Source: a virus. Taken from it: a stretch of DNA of 64,000 nt. Position 1 is the first letter of the stretch. Each line of letters starts with the position of its first letter. The stretch covers positions 32,001 to 96,000 of the IMG/VR virus record IMGVR_UViG_3300020419_001178, one strand, 5' to 3'. The notes under the pieces were generated by a model. That model searched no databases and had not been told where the DNA came from. It saw nothing but the letters and a program-made list of their open reading frames with translations. Below, in pieces: positions 42,701 through 50,094 of the stretch. Both the position numbers and the translations under genes were made by a program.

Positions 42701-45700
42701 CAAGGTCCTGTTGAATCAGGAATAGTAGAAACATAGGTTGTATCTAATGTTATTTCAGGAACATATTTTGGATATAAACCTAACTTGGTAGGTGTTGGTG
42801 ATATCCAACAACCATCTGTTGTTTCGTATTCGTAAATTTTTAAAACTTGATCAGCAACAACGGCAATTTTTAATTCTACAAAAGATTCAGTACTAATAGT
42901 ATAATCAATATCTTTAATTAATTGTTTATCATCCAGATATACTAAAATAGCCTTTTCATTCAAAGTACTAAAACTTACTGGTCTTGTAATTGGAAATATA
43001 GTTTGTGATGAATCTTCTATTTTAAATTCAGCTAAAGTATCTCCACCGAAGGGGACCATATCACTAAAATAGAAAGGATCTTGCTTTGTATTTGTTTCAA
43101 AAATTTTATCTAAAATTTTATCAACATGTATTTTTGTTTCCCCATTAAATCCTAATTCATTAGCGACTTTTAAAAACTCTCTTTTAAATTTTATGTATTC
43201 TAAACCAGCATAATTAACAGCTCTACTCATGTCATACTCTTTAGCAGTAAGATTAAACATAGGAAGATTAATAGGTCCTGAGTGTTGGACAAATTTCAAA
43301 CCATATTGTGATTGAGGTCCAAGGTCACGTAAGTTTCCTACTCCTGGATAAACTCCTGCGAAGTCGTTTACGTTGCTTACAATACTATCTACATGGTCAA
43401 TTACTTCTCCTAATGTAAATGTCACAACATTTTCGTTCATAGGATTTTTTTCTAAATTAATAGGAAATTTATAATGTCCTCTTTGATTCTTAGGAGCACT
43501 AGAATTTGCTTCTATAACTACTTTTTTATTATCGGCTAAATTTGTATAAAATCTTACATAGGCATAATTGTTTATTCTATCAATTGTATAGGTAATATTT
43601 TCTTTTTGTAAGGCATTATCAACAAAAACTTTAATTTTTAAATCATTAAGATTTCCACTGTTATCAAATACATCAACAATAAAATTATTGTTCCTAGGCC
43701 CTGTTGTATATTGTTTTACAACAGGTTGAGTTGAAAGAGCTTTTGCCTTTATCCAACCTGTTACATTAGTATATGCATCTATAGCTGAATACTTTCGTAA
43801 TATACCTGTATCTGTACTTGCTGTTATTACATCAGCTACCTGATCATAGTTGTAAGTATCACTTAATAAATTAAAGTCAAATGTAATATCGCCACTATTT
43901 TCTATTGTTCTGTATGATAAAGGAAATCCTAACTCTGTATCGTTTGTACCAGTACCTTGTTTATAGGAAAATAATTTGTTACCTCTAAATGTACTTCCTT
44001 CAAGTGTGCTTAATGCTGTACCTGTATCGTTATAAAGATCAAATAACGGAGTTTGATTAATTTCTGTTTTATTTTGTCCTAGTTTCCAAGTCGTCCCATT
44101 ATAATAATAAATTTTACCTTTGTTTTTGTCTCCTGACTTGACTAAAACTGTTTCATTTGTTATTGGAGCTGTGTCTGTAGTTTCAACCAAAGTAATCTGA
44201 TTATTTGAATTCTGACTAATAAACTTTACTTCATAAATTTTGCCGCTTACAAAACTATCTGGATCAGCTGTAAACAATACACGCATACCTTGAACAAGTT
44301 CTGTTCCATCAACAAAATAACCAGGACTTCCTTCTATATTTGAGAATACATCTATACTTACTGTATCAATTAAGTCAACTGATTTTTTAGCAAACGTTCC
44401 AAAATCATATAATTTTAATCCTGCGTCAAATTCAATAATAGGTCTAGTTGCTCTAAAGTTTTGATCCAGTGTAGTAGCTACTTCATTTATTTTAGCTGTA
44501 ATATCAATTACATCTTTGTGAGTCCACTTGTTGTACCGTGACCATTGATTCCTATCTTTTGATGCTCTATTGATTACGATATAATCTTTTTTGTCCGCAT
44601 ATGATACAGCATCATCAAAAGGAAAATCATCAAAGCCGCCTTCATCAAATTGTATATCTTGATCTTGTAGATATCCTGCTGTAATTAATATATCTGATTC
44701 TGATATAAGTTGAATGGAATCTCCAACTCCTTCTACGTACCAATAACCTTCTGCGTATTTTGACGGTGTAAGGTTACCATAAAATTTTAATTTCATTCCA
44801 TTTGACAAAGGATTACCGTTTGTCATTGTATATGTTTTTTTACCTACAATATCGTTATCTACATCTAAGAAAGTATTATCAATTATGTCTTTTATAATTA
44901 TTAGTCCGGATGCTTCTATATTATTAGAATCAACATAGTATAATATAGGAGGTGATTCTAAGTCTATCTTTAATTCTAAGACTCCGTCTTCTACTTTTTG
45001 TCCAGTAATGCCTTTTGTATATAAATTTGAATCAGAAGTAATATCCACTGACGTCCTAATTGAAAATGGCATATCGATAGTATCAACTTCAAATCTATAT
45101 GTTTGTCCTTTGTAAAGTGTTAGTGTAGGATTTCCTGTAGGATTATCTTGATTGAATACATAAGCATCGTTATCAAGGTTAACTTGTTTTGTAACTTTAT
45201 ATGTGCTTTGAACGTCTCTAAAAGACCCGTACACGGGAATAGCATCAGGACCACTTGGCAACCAATAGTATTCTCTAAAGTTTGTAAACTTGTCCCAATT
45301 TATATGCGGATTCCAAGCATAGTATTCTTGTGAAAACATTGAATCGTGATTGGAAGTATCCACACCACGTATTTTTATGCTATTATATAAATCTCTATAA
45401 TCTCTGTAAAATATATTATTTCCAGCTGAATCATTTATAACAGATACAGGTTCTAATTGATACTGATCTCTATCTAAACTTATTTCTGAAACATAGTTAT
45501 CACTGGCTTTAAATGCTTTGGCATCTTTCCTTCCAATGAATCCGTCAACTTTTTCTACAGAACCTGGTTGTACTAACTGATCAAGTGTGCTTGATAAAAA
45601 CTTTTTATTAGCAACTGTTCGATAATAACGAGGTAATAAATCGGAAGAATTTCTTTTATTCTTATCCGCATCATTTACTGGAATAGCATTTTCATCTTGA

Positions 45701-45705
45701 GCCAT
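30745..45705 (-). CDS. giant (4986 aa) baseplate wedge / receptor-binding structural protein
   Basis: Uninterrupted ORF directly downstream of the gp6-like gene; FG-GAP-like repeats, YxxGDxV repeats, GxGY and GDGSTxxF repeats. Confidence 0.8.
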   Translation of the reverse strand: MAQDENAIPVNDADKNKRNSSDLLPRYYRTVANKKFLSSTLDQLVQPGSVEKVDGFIGRKDAKAFKASDNYVSEISLDRDQYQLEPVSVINDSAGNNIFYRDYRDLYNSIKIRGVDTSNHDSMFSQEYYAWNPHINWDKFTNFREYYWLPSGPDAIPVYGSFRDVQSTYKVTKQVNLDNDAYVFNQDNPTGNPTLTLYKGQTYRFEVDTIDMPFSIRTSVDITSDSNLYTKGITGQKVEDGVLELKIDLESPPILYYVDSNNIEASGLIIIKDIIDNTFLDVDNDIVGKKTYTMTNGNPLSNGMKLKFYGNLTPSKYAEGYWYVEGVGDSIQLISESDILITAGYLQDQDIQFDEGGFDDFPFDDAVSYADKKDYIVINRASKDRNQWSRYNKWTHKDVIDITAKINEVATTLDQNFRATRPIIEFDAGLKLYDFGTFAKKSVDLIDTVSIDVFSNIEGSPGYFVDGTELVQGMRVLFTADPDSFVSGKIYEVKFISQNSNNQITLVETTDTAPITNETVLVKSGDKNKGKIYYYNGTTWKLGQNKTEINQTPLFDLYNDTGTALSTLEGSTFRGNKLFSYKQGTGTNDTELGFPLSYRTIENSGDITFDFNLLSDTYNYDQVADVITASTDTGILRKYSAIDAYTNVTGWIKAKALSTQPVVKQYTTGPRNNNFIVDVFDNSGNLNDLKIKVFVDNALQKENITYTIDRINNYAYVRFYTNLADNKKVVIEANSSAPKNQRGHYKFPINLEKNPMNENVVTFTLGEVIDHVDSIVSNVNDFAGVYPGVGNLRDLGPQSQYGLKFVQHSGPINLPMFNLTAKEYDMSRAVNYAGLEYIKFKREFLKVANELGFNGETKIHVDKILDKIFETNTKQDPFYFSDMVPFGGDTLAEFKIEDSSQTIFPITRPVSFSTLNEKAILVYLDDKQLIKDIDYTISTESFVELKIAVVADQVLKIYEYETTDGCWISPTPTKLGLYPKYVPEITLDTTYVSTIPDSTGPWKIYGRDETTTKSYKNKVGWFFPLFTDEVSAQAYDKANGGTGLAHTHIFAGDNKIWFMPSNSMNHATNDPNEFEEWPSAQPVIQGHDGSIWRCYGDYRDELLLDLEKRIFNNIKIEYDESIINIQDFLNTKSQPTAFDRFKTADVMIADFNRWLETVGNPDYTTNSYYKVGNNFSINFYKHGDPNNITVPGSWRAIYKDYLNTDRPHTHPWECLGLKIKPAWFDSTYGPAPYTSNNLSLWQDLEKGIVREPNKKIEYRRKFKIQDLTKYIPVDSQGNLLDPVSSGYLRGGIASNYDDNFKFGDEGPVETAWRRSAHYPFAFIRAWMLRQPAQLFGVAFDRSRIARNLAGQLVYTETSKRISLADIKFPNIPSDTTRVFTSGLVNYMQGYLIGNEDITFKTYKSRLANLENKLGHKIGGFTQKDKFRLILDSRNPNNEGNIFVPEENYNLVLTKSIPLEVYSYSGIVIEKIPSGFIVKGYDKDRPYFNTFPVIRKQNDNLVNVGGISEEFVTFDTGQTYSIGQIVENAGVFFRTKTGHTSGGAIDLDFFTRLEKLPAEGGADAFFSKTFNTTLEKINYGAVYSDIQGVVDLILGYEKYLMSVGFKFNTFNKDLEEIENWALSAKEFMFWSTQNWEDGAVLTISPSARQVYFEKPYTVVDDIYDNFYDYSLLQADGKRLLADFATTERDNTNEFGIYVKNTDQGIYHLKVPVVQTEHALVLDNSTVFNDVIYNRPQGYRQERLKVKGYRSDEWNGSLNVPGFVFDDAFVNVWTSYQDYKIGDIIQHKEFYYVAKSNVSGTQTFNAKDFVLLDEKPEQTLLPNLDYKARQFADFYDLDSDNFDSEQQRLAQHMIGYQKRKYLENIIPDDVSQYKFYQGMVQDKGTRNVLNKLFDKLGSANKDSIEYYEEWAIRTGRYGATEGNDQFELLFDEEKYRLEPQPVELVDEVNPKDTSLVYRLNRNGVYAKSKNYDHKPFPTKYYSDETMFVKSAGYVNPLDVNLQILNYTDLSTQTLGNLKGGDYVWTAIDKSQKTWGVYKYIPTDYKIKSTTDTTDNSFTITLNVATDFEAGDIIAVNDIDTDTDGYYKVKSTSLNVITLEHPSTKNITATASANGFVTRFKNVRLSKLSEANNNIKGEGSRSFSIGSENLNTDRIWIDDDDNGNWLVLNYKQVYELKPNIVNTTAGLLDSTQKDFGSSISVNDQNNLMSITAPKDLNGSVYIYNRPSEATDYNLLQQIDEDAFYFDQNGGFGTSAALSPDGKWLAVGSPEASNTKSLLKGDYNNQTAYIKGDVVLYKEQLWQADRVIESQAIQSCISHASNAQAAENDYDVNTQGYPTVVYMMRGNHSMPDASTDHILVRAETQQWEASKPGDILTLKWNRYKTGALAGIGPFNNDNVINETFINGNHVIVNKVKMVIEVISALDVPDVGDEITTETARATVAYRFIDSDNKMILYLNNVNGELQTSGTVTRNNVTVGSFTTVNHIGDDYHTGWWQIAVGSNFSTTNLIETNPNLVIQDLTLAEEGAPSTPSPFTNILDISTQQLTTEPARNSFYGILSYYNGATSSNVIDTRWFVRTELQHGSTYQVGDKFRMWANTLYNSGTRQDPEPVLNLSFSYLNNTEHTVSDIWNGFCIVRLTNFDLNGDPFLPQIGDTVTCSTTGSTAEVAYIQREFATIRIYLKNRNGTFSKGVDFNESSNMTFVENDSTVRTIGPISSSHLENTTAGVMLVVDKSENIQVGTAIFLQDREYWIYNTKVVNGVEDSANPPGPLNLDWNRVYNIPLSTSGYSSTFDNEGTFAIYERKELTFSLKGYYTVPNSAPNRRLGSKIRFTKTGTDTYKLFVSAAGDKTELNEGRIYIFDKSATDDFVLSNDNDYRGTFSTASTYFTNDLVRVGETIYKAKTNTVPGAFNLNLWETINSGVDLLGYVPNDTNFSITESTLEQKFLEEFGRDFDVSTDGNVLISTARYLNADDSSVPNRKIVVYRKSGDHYQYSQIIETQDITENWGQSIAISNDGKKIAVGAPENSTRDIRGGAVYIYIQGTDGNFALNQTLRPIDRTSNTRFGSKLDFDGNTLAIASRGGDLERVTTLDKDTTIFDNGNTPFKVIDNDSGLVSIYETVNDTLLYGQDFAYDKDTQDFGSIMVVKDNHVYLGLPKQQILSNNTIDKGLVAEYRKPVNATSWSVGRQPIIPIDVSKLKGINLFDKTTNSLVTYLDYIDPLQGKIAGTAEQEITFKVSYDPAKYSVSTATGTSLDTLDYTAEKWVGKIWWDIGSARFINHHQGDILESTANFNTLFSGTTVDVYEWVESTLLPSEWDAQTGTEAGLTDGISGTTKYGDTAYSSRRLYDSASQTFSNKYYYWVKDKATLPTDTTRKASAFDVARLISSPAQQGVRFVAPLGNNRFSLYNCASLIKDKDVGITFNWWTIDNQEQNVHNEYQIISDGLETSIPNNTIKQKWIDSLVGFDVNDRPVPDVDLPIRQRYGNLNDPRQSWFVNRTEARKQFIERVNKILKSQLIVDNKDLSGLTQIDPRPSNVSGTYDTTSDTFAELGFISVANVKQANLTLEIENGTIINVLINDAGKGYINPPTYKVTDTTGTGAELRFVLGADGSIASVNIINGGTNYVAPTIEVRKFSVLVKTDETVGGKWAVFAWDGTEWLRTLTQAYDVNAYWQYIDWYETNYNIFTPINYTISSSYQLYGLEDKIGDVVKINNVGTGGWLLLEKEDDQDTEDYTVNYKTIGRQNGTIEFKNSLYDVSNENIAYDGSGFDKIFYDTEPVAEMRLIIGILENKIFVADLLKNWNECFFASLRYVFAEQPAVDWAFKTSFIKAKHNVGELEQRITFKNDSLPSYESYINEVKPYRTKVREYLSSYEKTDPTSTVVTDFDLPTVYNEADGKITPQSVQVVNDEIVSGFSEITKYPSKHWAENVGFELQSLNIADTGSGYLDAPIIKITGGGGSGAKAVAFLGGDGKINAVKVTNTGSGYLSQPTITLEGSLQDGGTVARLSPVLGGGKARSTHLRCKFDRVTGTYLFTQLSTTETFTTGSNQQIFDLKWPMQLKNTQIIVTVDGLEALRSEYTFENKSDSTKGYLRKYGRIFFTEPQTASKSVVIKYNKSAELLQAQDRINFYYNPVTGMYGNDLGQILDGVDYGGVEVSSYSFGTGTGWDSDGWFTTTYDTFDTTFDDEIFQMDGSTEVFTLSKPLENGAVYNVYLNGKRIDDPNFGTASQNNVNAVLQSITGDGTQTTITITNDIQKFVANDVVVFRKTTSDGSFLPDPRSYDTILSGGDLQFSTAKGINPEEIIIDGDGFVTPTTSKGPEEQVPGQVLDTVDIKVFHRPDKGGSLLSSNCYNADGIQTEFGFGIQPQSENGLYIRLNKVIQSPTSYTVDYKNKKVRFTTAPSNGTAVNLISVSGNGESVVEFDEFIGDGCTTQFRTKAHWTTKLDYIATVNGKEVDSVLVASEDSSVQDTKAVIVFGQAPRDGSVINFAVYDKVQSYSKIETQEFTGDGSTVNFTLEKTPYSSIPHTHNVVVQVGNKILNAGYNQQYTVQTGVSEYFLEIWQTPIGSFDNSNVLATLNGTELKIATEFNIRPANSSIILEPGIGQPGDILEVYIRTDGEYAFGAVEVINNQNTWVETPGVLKLDVAPTIGETVKITTYSKHDIQDFERQNFDVIARSTLSVGSEDHIQYNHLKAGLVQLRKPAIDAQYIWFIVNGELQTPSVDYYLTDDKNFVKYEGILSDNDVVEVIQYSSDGPIAPKFGFSQFKDILNRNIYKRLGDVAPLKLAEDLKVTDKQILLVDATTISAPDKNSGIPGILFINGERITFLIKQGNVLKQIQRATLGTGAPEVHLTGSDVYNQGLQQTAPYADTTLTEDYVGDGSTSIFELSFIPSSVNEFEVFVAGKRLRKNSIQMFDVTLNQDSPEADITSPAQFSVDGTTNQLTLTTTPANLAKIQVIRRTGTLWTESGQSLNDAESLVARFFKAEKVELPK

Positions 45706-48700
45706 TAGTATCCATAGCCTCCACCGCCGCCGGAGCTCCCGCCTCCGCCGCTTGAACCAGAACCGCTTGAGCTACTTGAGCTACTTGAGCTACTTGAGCT
45801 ACTACTTGTGGTTCCTGAACTTGCTGTTGTTGTCGTTGCTGTGCTTGTGGTGGTGCTAGTCAAAGCTGTACTTTGTATACCAGCATTAGTTGTACTGGTG
45901 CTTGTAGTTACTTTGCCTGACGCTTGAATTCTAGAAGCTGTGATAGAATCTATTATTTCAACGTCTTGAACAGTAGCATCACTTACAAATATTTCATCGT
46001 TTTCGCTTTTTATCTCAATCAGACTACCAAAAGCAAGTGTTCCTAATTTAGGTACAATTATTAAGTTGACCACGTCTGGTGCTAATTGGTTCATCACGTA
46101 AGTAGCTAACTCAGTAAAATGAAAAGTTTCTCCGAAGTCCCAATTTTGTAAAGAAAAATATCTATTAATTGCTGATATAATTCTAACTTTTACATCGTTA
46201 TCATTAATCACTGCTTCTGGATTTTTTACAACTTTGAAAATCGATTGTAGATTATCAACTGCTTTTGACCCAAATAGTATTTTATATTTTACTGGATGAT
46301 AAATGATTTCATCACTTATTGCTTTTACTTTATTAATATTAGTGCCATACTGTTGAAATAGCTCATCACTACTTGGCGGTAAAGGCATTGAACTTGTGTT
46401 ACCTGCTAGATATGATCTGAATTGTGTATCATAAGATCTTGTCAAAAGGTATATGTCTATGATATTTGAAGCACTAGGATCAATTCTATTACTATCGTTA
46501 GCACTATGTATGTAATGAAACTTAAGATCACTTCTACCTACGTATGCTTGGTAATCGCTTGATAGTGTTAACACATTATTATTAAGAACTTTAAAGTTTT
46601 TTTGATCAACTATGTAAAATACCTTACCGTCTGTATATTGAGAATAAGCACCTATTGCTGTTTCTGTAGCAACAATAGAAATGCTACTTCCTAAGGCATA
46701 ATAATTAAATTTACTAAACCCTTGATCGCTACTTGCTTTCTTTAAAAACACGTACTTGGTTGTTGGATTAACCAACGGATCTACAATCACATCAAAAATA
46801 TCAGGATCGTCTATAGACCCATCGTCATTAAGATCAAAAAATCCTACTTGTACTTTTTTATTATTTACATATCCGTCTTGGTTCCTGTAGTCTCCTACAA
46901 TTTCCCAATTGATGTCGTTGTTAAATTGTGTTAACGCATCAGGTTTAGTGTTAAAATTCATTACGGAAATTTTATCTTTTACTAATTGCCCTGTAGCAGA
47001 ATCATATATTTTATTTTGTCCATCATAATAGAAACTTAATTCTGTATCACTTTCGAAAATATATTTTAAGCCTCTATTTGTAACGGTATATTTTTCGCCA
47101 TCTGTTTCAAATAATACAAACCAACTACTGTCTAGTTGGTTACCGGTAACATCTCCAGTTTTACCATTACTAAATCCGTCACTTACATTTAAATTTTCCG
47201 CTATAATTACACGCCAAATTCTGTTTACTTGGTCATATCTCAAACCAAAAGTTTTGTAAGCAAAAACTTGATCTATAATTTGTGATCTTACATCAGCTGT
47301 GATATCTTTTACTAATTTAGGCTTTACTTCTTGTATTATACTATTAGCTGGTAATACAGCATTAACAGTAATTGGACCATCGCCGGTTGTAGTATCTTCT
47401 GCTGTACCTGATCCTGTTACACTTATTACTTTGACCCATTTGTAAGCCGTAGCACCTTTTTTTGTACTATCACTTGTTAGGTCTCCGTTACCTATAAAAT
47501 AAAACCCAGTAGGTGGAACAAATTTTAACAATGCGCCAGGTTCAACATATCTTAAAAATCCAGTAGTAAAAGATCCTACTTGGAAAGGTACGAGATTAAT
47601 ATTTTCTAATAATCCTGTTGAACTGTTAGACGCTTTAGTAGACTGTTTCCATGTAGCATTAAGATCACTTACAATAATTTTAGCAAAATTTCCTAGGTAA
47701 AAATTAGTTGTACTTCTTTTTTGTAAAATAGGAACAATTAAATTTTCAATATTTCCTTCTATATCTGTCTGATTATTAAAAGTGAATGATTGCTTTTCCT
47801 CAAATTGTTCTTTGTAAATTATTCCGTCGCTACCGTAAAGATTTGTGCTGGAATATTTTCCTGTCACATCCTTTAAATCAAAATATCTACTAATTCCGCT
47901 TGAAACTCTATTGGTTGATTTTACTTTAACTATTTCTTGATTAGTTGAAGAAGGATAAACGTTATAATCTTCTCCGGTAATCATTCTATTCTGCGTATAA
48001 TATGTTTGTGGAGCGTTTACTCTTATACTTGCGTCAGTCTCAGTAGGACTAGCATTTGTTACAGGTGTTTTTAATTCTAAACCTATAGTAAGAGTTTCTG
48101 TTGTACCTGATTTGCTCGTGTAATCTAAAGCTATTTGGACATCGGTAATCTCTTCTGGTCTTATTCTTAAACTTCTATTCACACTTGTTCTATAAAATAC
48201 TTGGAACTGTCCACTTGGTGCGTTTCCAAAAGTTCCATCAGCAAATACTAGACTAACTTGATCTTCTGCTCTAGTTTGTACTACATAAAAATCTCTGACT
48301 GCTTTGTTTATACTATTGTAGATAGCATTGTTTCCTTCTGTAGAATCAACTTTTGTCCAAATTTTATCAAGTGCTCCTGATGATGAAAGTTTTGTAAGCC
48401 AAACATCTGTGTCATTAATATTATCTGCTTCAATAGTGATTCTTTGGTTTGCTACAACATTAGCAATATCAAATACGCTGTTGTTTAAAGTACCTTGTCT
48501 AAAATGACAAAAGTATCCTGTATTAGAACTATTATTACCCCTACCATCTTCTCTATACATAAACTGTAAAGCATTTCCTGCTATAGGAGTTTCTTCAACT
48601 AAAGTTAAACTTGACTCGTCTATATCAGTAGAAACTATTTCAAATTGTGCCGGAATACCATTTACTGTTTTTGTAAATCCATACACAGGAACATTAGTAG

Positions 48701-49277
48701 TATTTTGATTTAATCTATATGCTTGGGTTAATACACCGTTTATTGTTTTTGTTTTTCTAGGTTTGCCTACTGTATTGTTGTTAGGTAAAGCAGAATTAAG
48801 CACTCTTCTAAACTGTTCAGCCCAGTTAGAGTTACTAGGATCGTTCCAAATAATAGTTTGATTTTGTAAGTTTGCTCCGTTGCTATCTACTACTGATTCA
48901 GTTGTGGAAATTGTATCAAATTTTAGTAAACCATTAGCGGCTCTGTTTCTTCTTGGATTATAAGAAAGTAATCTGGCTAGTCTTAATACAGATTCTCTTC
49001 TCTCAGCTAGTTCTAAAAAGTTTTCTCTTGCGTTAAGATCAACTCTGTAAGAAATATTTTGTCCTAAAAATGCTATAATATCAATTAAAGCTAAAAATTC
49101 TGAAGTTTCTATGTAATCATTAAAGTCCTCAGGATAATTATTTCTGAGGTATGTAATCATGACTCTTCTTAGAGAGTCAAAATCATAACTTTTAAATTCT
49201 GCGTTGCGAAAACTTTGGTAGACTTTGGTCCAATCTTCAGCAAGTAACAGTCTATTTTGTCTATCTGTAGACGACAT
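45705..49277 (-). CDS. baseplate wedge protein, T4 gp6-like
   Basis: DFDSLR...FNDY, SVLRLARLLSYNP, FADGTFG, NRMITGEDY; ATAAATA at 49304-49310. Confidence 0.8.
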   Translation of the reverse strand: MSSTDRQNRLLLAEDWTKVYQSFRNAEFKSYDFDSLRRVMITYLRNNYPEDFNDYIETSEFLALIDIIAFLGQNISYRVDLNARENFLELAERRESVLRLARLLSYNPRRNRAANGLLKFDTISTTESVVDSNGANLQNQTIIWNDPSNSNWAEQFRRVLNSALPNNNTVGKPRKTKTINGVLTQAYRLNQNTTNVPVYGFTKTVNGIPAQFEIVSTDIDESSLTLVEETPIAGNALQFMYREDGRGNNSSNTGYFCHFRQGTLNNSVFDIANVVANQRITIEADNINDTDVWLTKLSSSGALDKIWTKVDSTEGNNAIYNSINKAVRDFYVVQTRAEDQVSLVFADGTFGNAPSGQFQVFYRTSVNRSLRIRPEEITDVQIALDYTSKSGTTETLTIGLELKTPVTNASPTETDASIRVNAPQTYYTQNRMITGEDYNVYPSSTNQEIVKVKSTNRVSSGISRYFDLKDVTGKYSSTNLYGSDGIIYKEQFEEKQSFTFNNQTDIEGNIENLIVPILQKRSTTNFYLGNFAKIIVSDLNATWKQSTKASNSSTGLLENINLVPFQVGSFTTGFLRYVEPGALLKFVPPTGFYFIGNGDLTSDSTKKGATAYKWVKVISVTGSGTAEDTTTGDGPITVNAVLPANSIIQEVKPKLVKDITADVRSQIIDQVFAYKTFGLRYDQVNRIWRVIIAENLNVSDGFSNGKTGDVTGNQLDSSWFVLFETDGEKYTVTNRGLKYIFESDTELSFYYDGQNKIYDSATGQLVKDKISVMNFNTKPDALTQFNNDINWEIVGDYRNQDGYVNNKKVQVGFFDLNDDGSIDDPDIFDVIVDPLVNPTTKYVFLKKASSDQGFSKFNYYALGSSISIVATETAIGAYSQYTDGKVFYIVDQKNFKVLNNNVLTLSSDYQAYVGRSDLKFHYIHSANDSNRIDPSASNIIDIYLLTRSYDTQFRSYLAGNTSSMPLPPSSDELFQQYGTNINKVKAISDEIIYHPVKYKILFGSKAVDNLQSIFKVVKNPEAVINDNDVKVRIISAINRYFSLQNWDFGETFHFTELATYVMNQLAPDVVNLIIVPKLGTLAFGSLIEIKSENDEIFVSDATVQDVEIIDSITASRIQASGKVTTSTSTTNAGIQSTALTSTTTSTATTTTASSGTTSSSSSSSSSSSSSSGSGSSGGGGSSGGGGGYGY
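45766..45801. repeat. tandem repeat (CTTGAGCTA)x4 encoding poly-Ser
   Basis: Read directly from the sequence. Confidence 0.9.
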
Positions 49278-49339
49278 TTGGTTTCCTTTAATCCTTATAA
49301 ATGTATTTATTATATAGAATTAACCGACCACTTAATTCT

Positions 49340-49774
49340 CTAACTAGTAAGGCCGTTTAGCTTGTCAAATTGTAACCGAAGCTGTTCACTGATACTATAT
49401 GTGAGATATGTAAGAGTACATTCTATCTGTAATCCACTCTCAAATTCTGTCACTTGTACACCACTAGCACTAACTCTTGGATCATAATTAACTATATTTG
49501 TTACATTTTTTGTTATTGCGTCTTTCAATTCAATTGTAAGAGGTTCGTATAAGGCATCCCATATAATACATCCAAATGTTGGATCTGATATTTTTTCGCC
49601 CTGTCTTATATTGAAATGATTCAACAAATCTTGTTTAATTAAACTTAGATCATATTGCTGAAAACTTGTATTTTCTGGATTGACCGTACTAAATCCCCTA
49701 TAGGCTTTTTGCCTAACAGGTAATTTGGGTGCTTTTGCTGTTTTTATCTTTATTTCTTTATATAAGTCTGCCAT
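49340..49774 (-). CDS. gp25: baseplate wedge subunit, gp25-like
   Basis: LIKQDLLNHFNIRQGEK..PTFGC...YDPRV. Confidence 0.85.
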   Translation of the reverse strand: MADLYKEIKIKTAKAPKLPVRQKAYRGFSTVNPENTSFQQYDLSLIKQDLLNHFNIRQGEKISDPTFGCIIWDALYEPLTIELKDAITKNVTNIVNYDPRVSASGVQVTEFESGLQIECTLTYLTYSISEQLRLQFDKLNGLTS

Positions 49775-49782
49775 AATAATAT

Positions 49783-50094
49783 TTATTCGTTTGCGTATAC
49801 CGTGGTTTGCGTTGTACTTTTAATCTCAGCACTACAATCATAGGTATCCCCTATTCTGCCAACTTCTAAATCTTCAGCAAAAACATTTGGACTATGTGTT
49901 ACTAAAGGTGTGCCGTAAACAGGTGGACAATGTGTGTGTGGTTCATTGAGATCTGTCTTTCTATGTATACCGTGACCAGCAACAAATACTGTCGCACTAC
50001 CCGTGTCTGTAAGTATGTCTCCAGGCGCAACACAGATTGGGTGTACTGTGTTTACTATATCTCCTGATCCTACTTTTCTAGCTATCAATGGCAT
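49783..50094 (-). CDS. PAAR-like spike tip protein (gp5.4-like)
   Basis: PLIARK, HTHCPP, GRIGD..DC; follows the gp5-like gene. Confidence 0.8.
   Translation of the reverse strand: MPLIARKVGSGDIVNTVHPICVAPGDILTDTGSATVFVAGHGIHRKTDLNEPHTHCPPVYGTPLVTHSPNVFAEDLEVGRIGDTYDCSAEIKSTTQTTVYANE

Noticed and set aside
30745-45705. Intein or alternative genetic code explaining the giant ORF
   Set aside because: No intein splice or LAGLIDADG motifs were seen, and TAA, TAG and TGA all act as ordinary stops in the window
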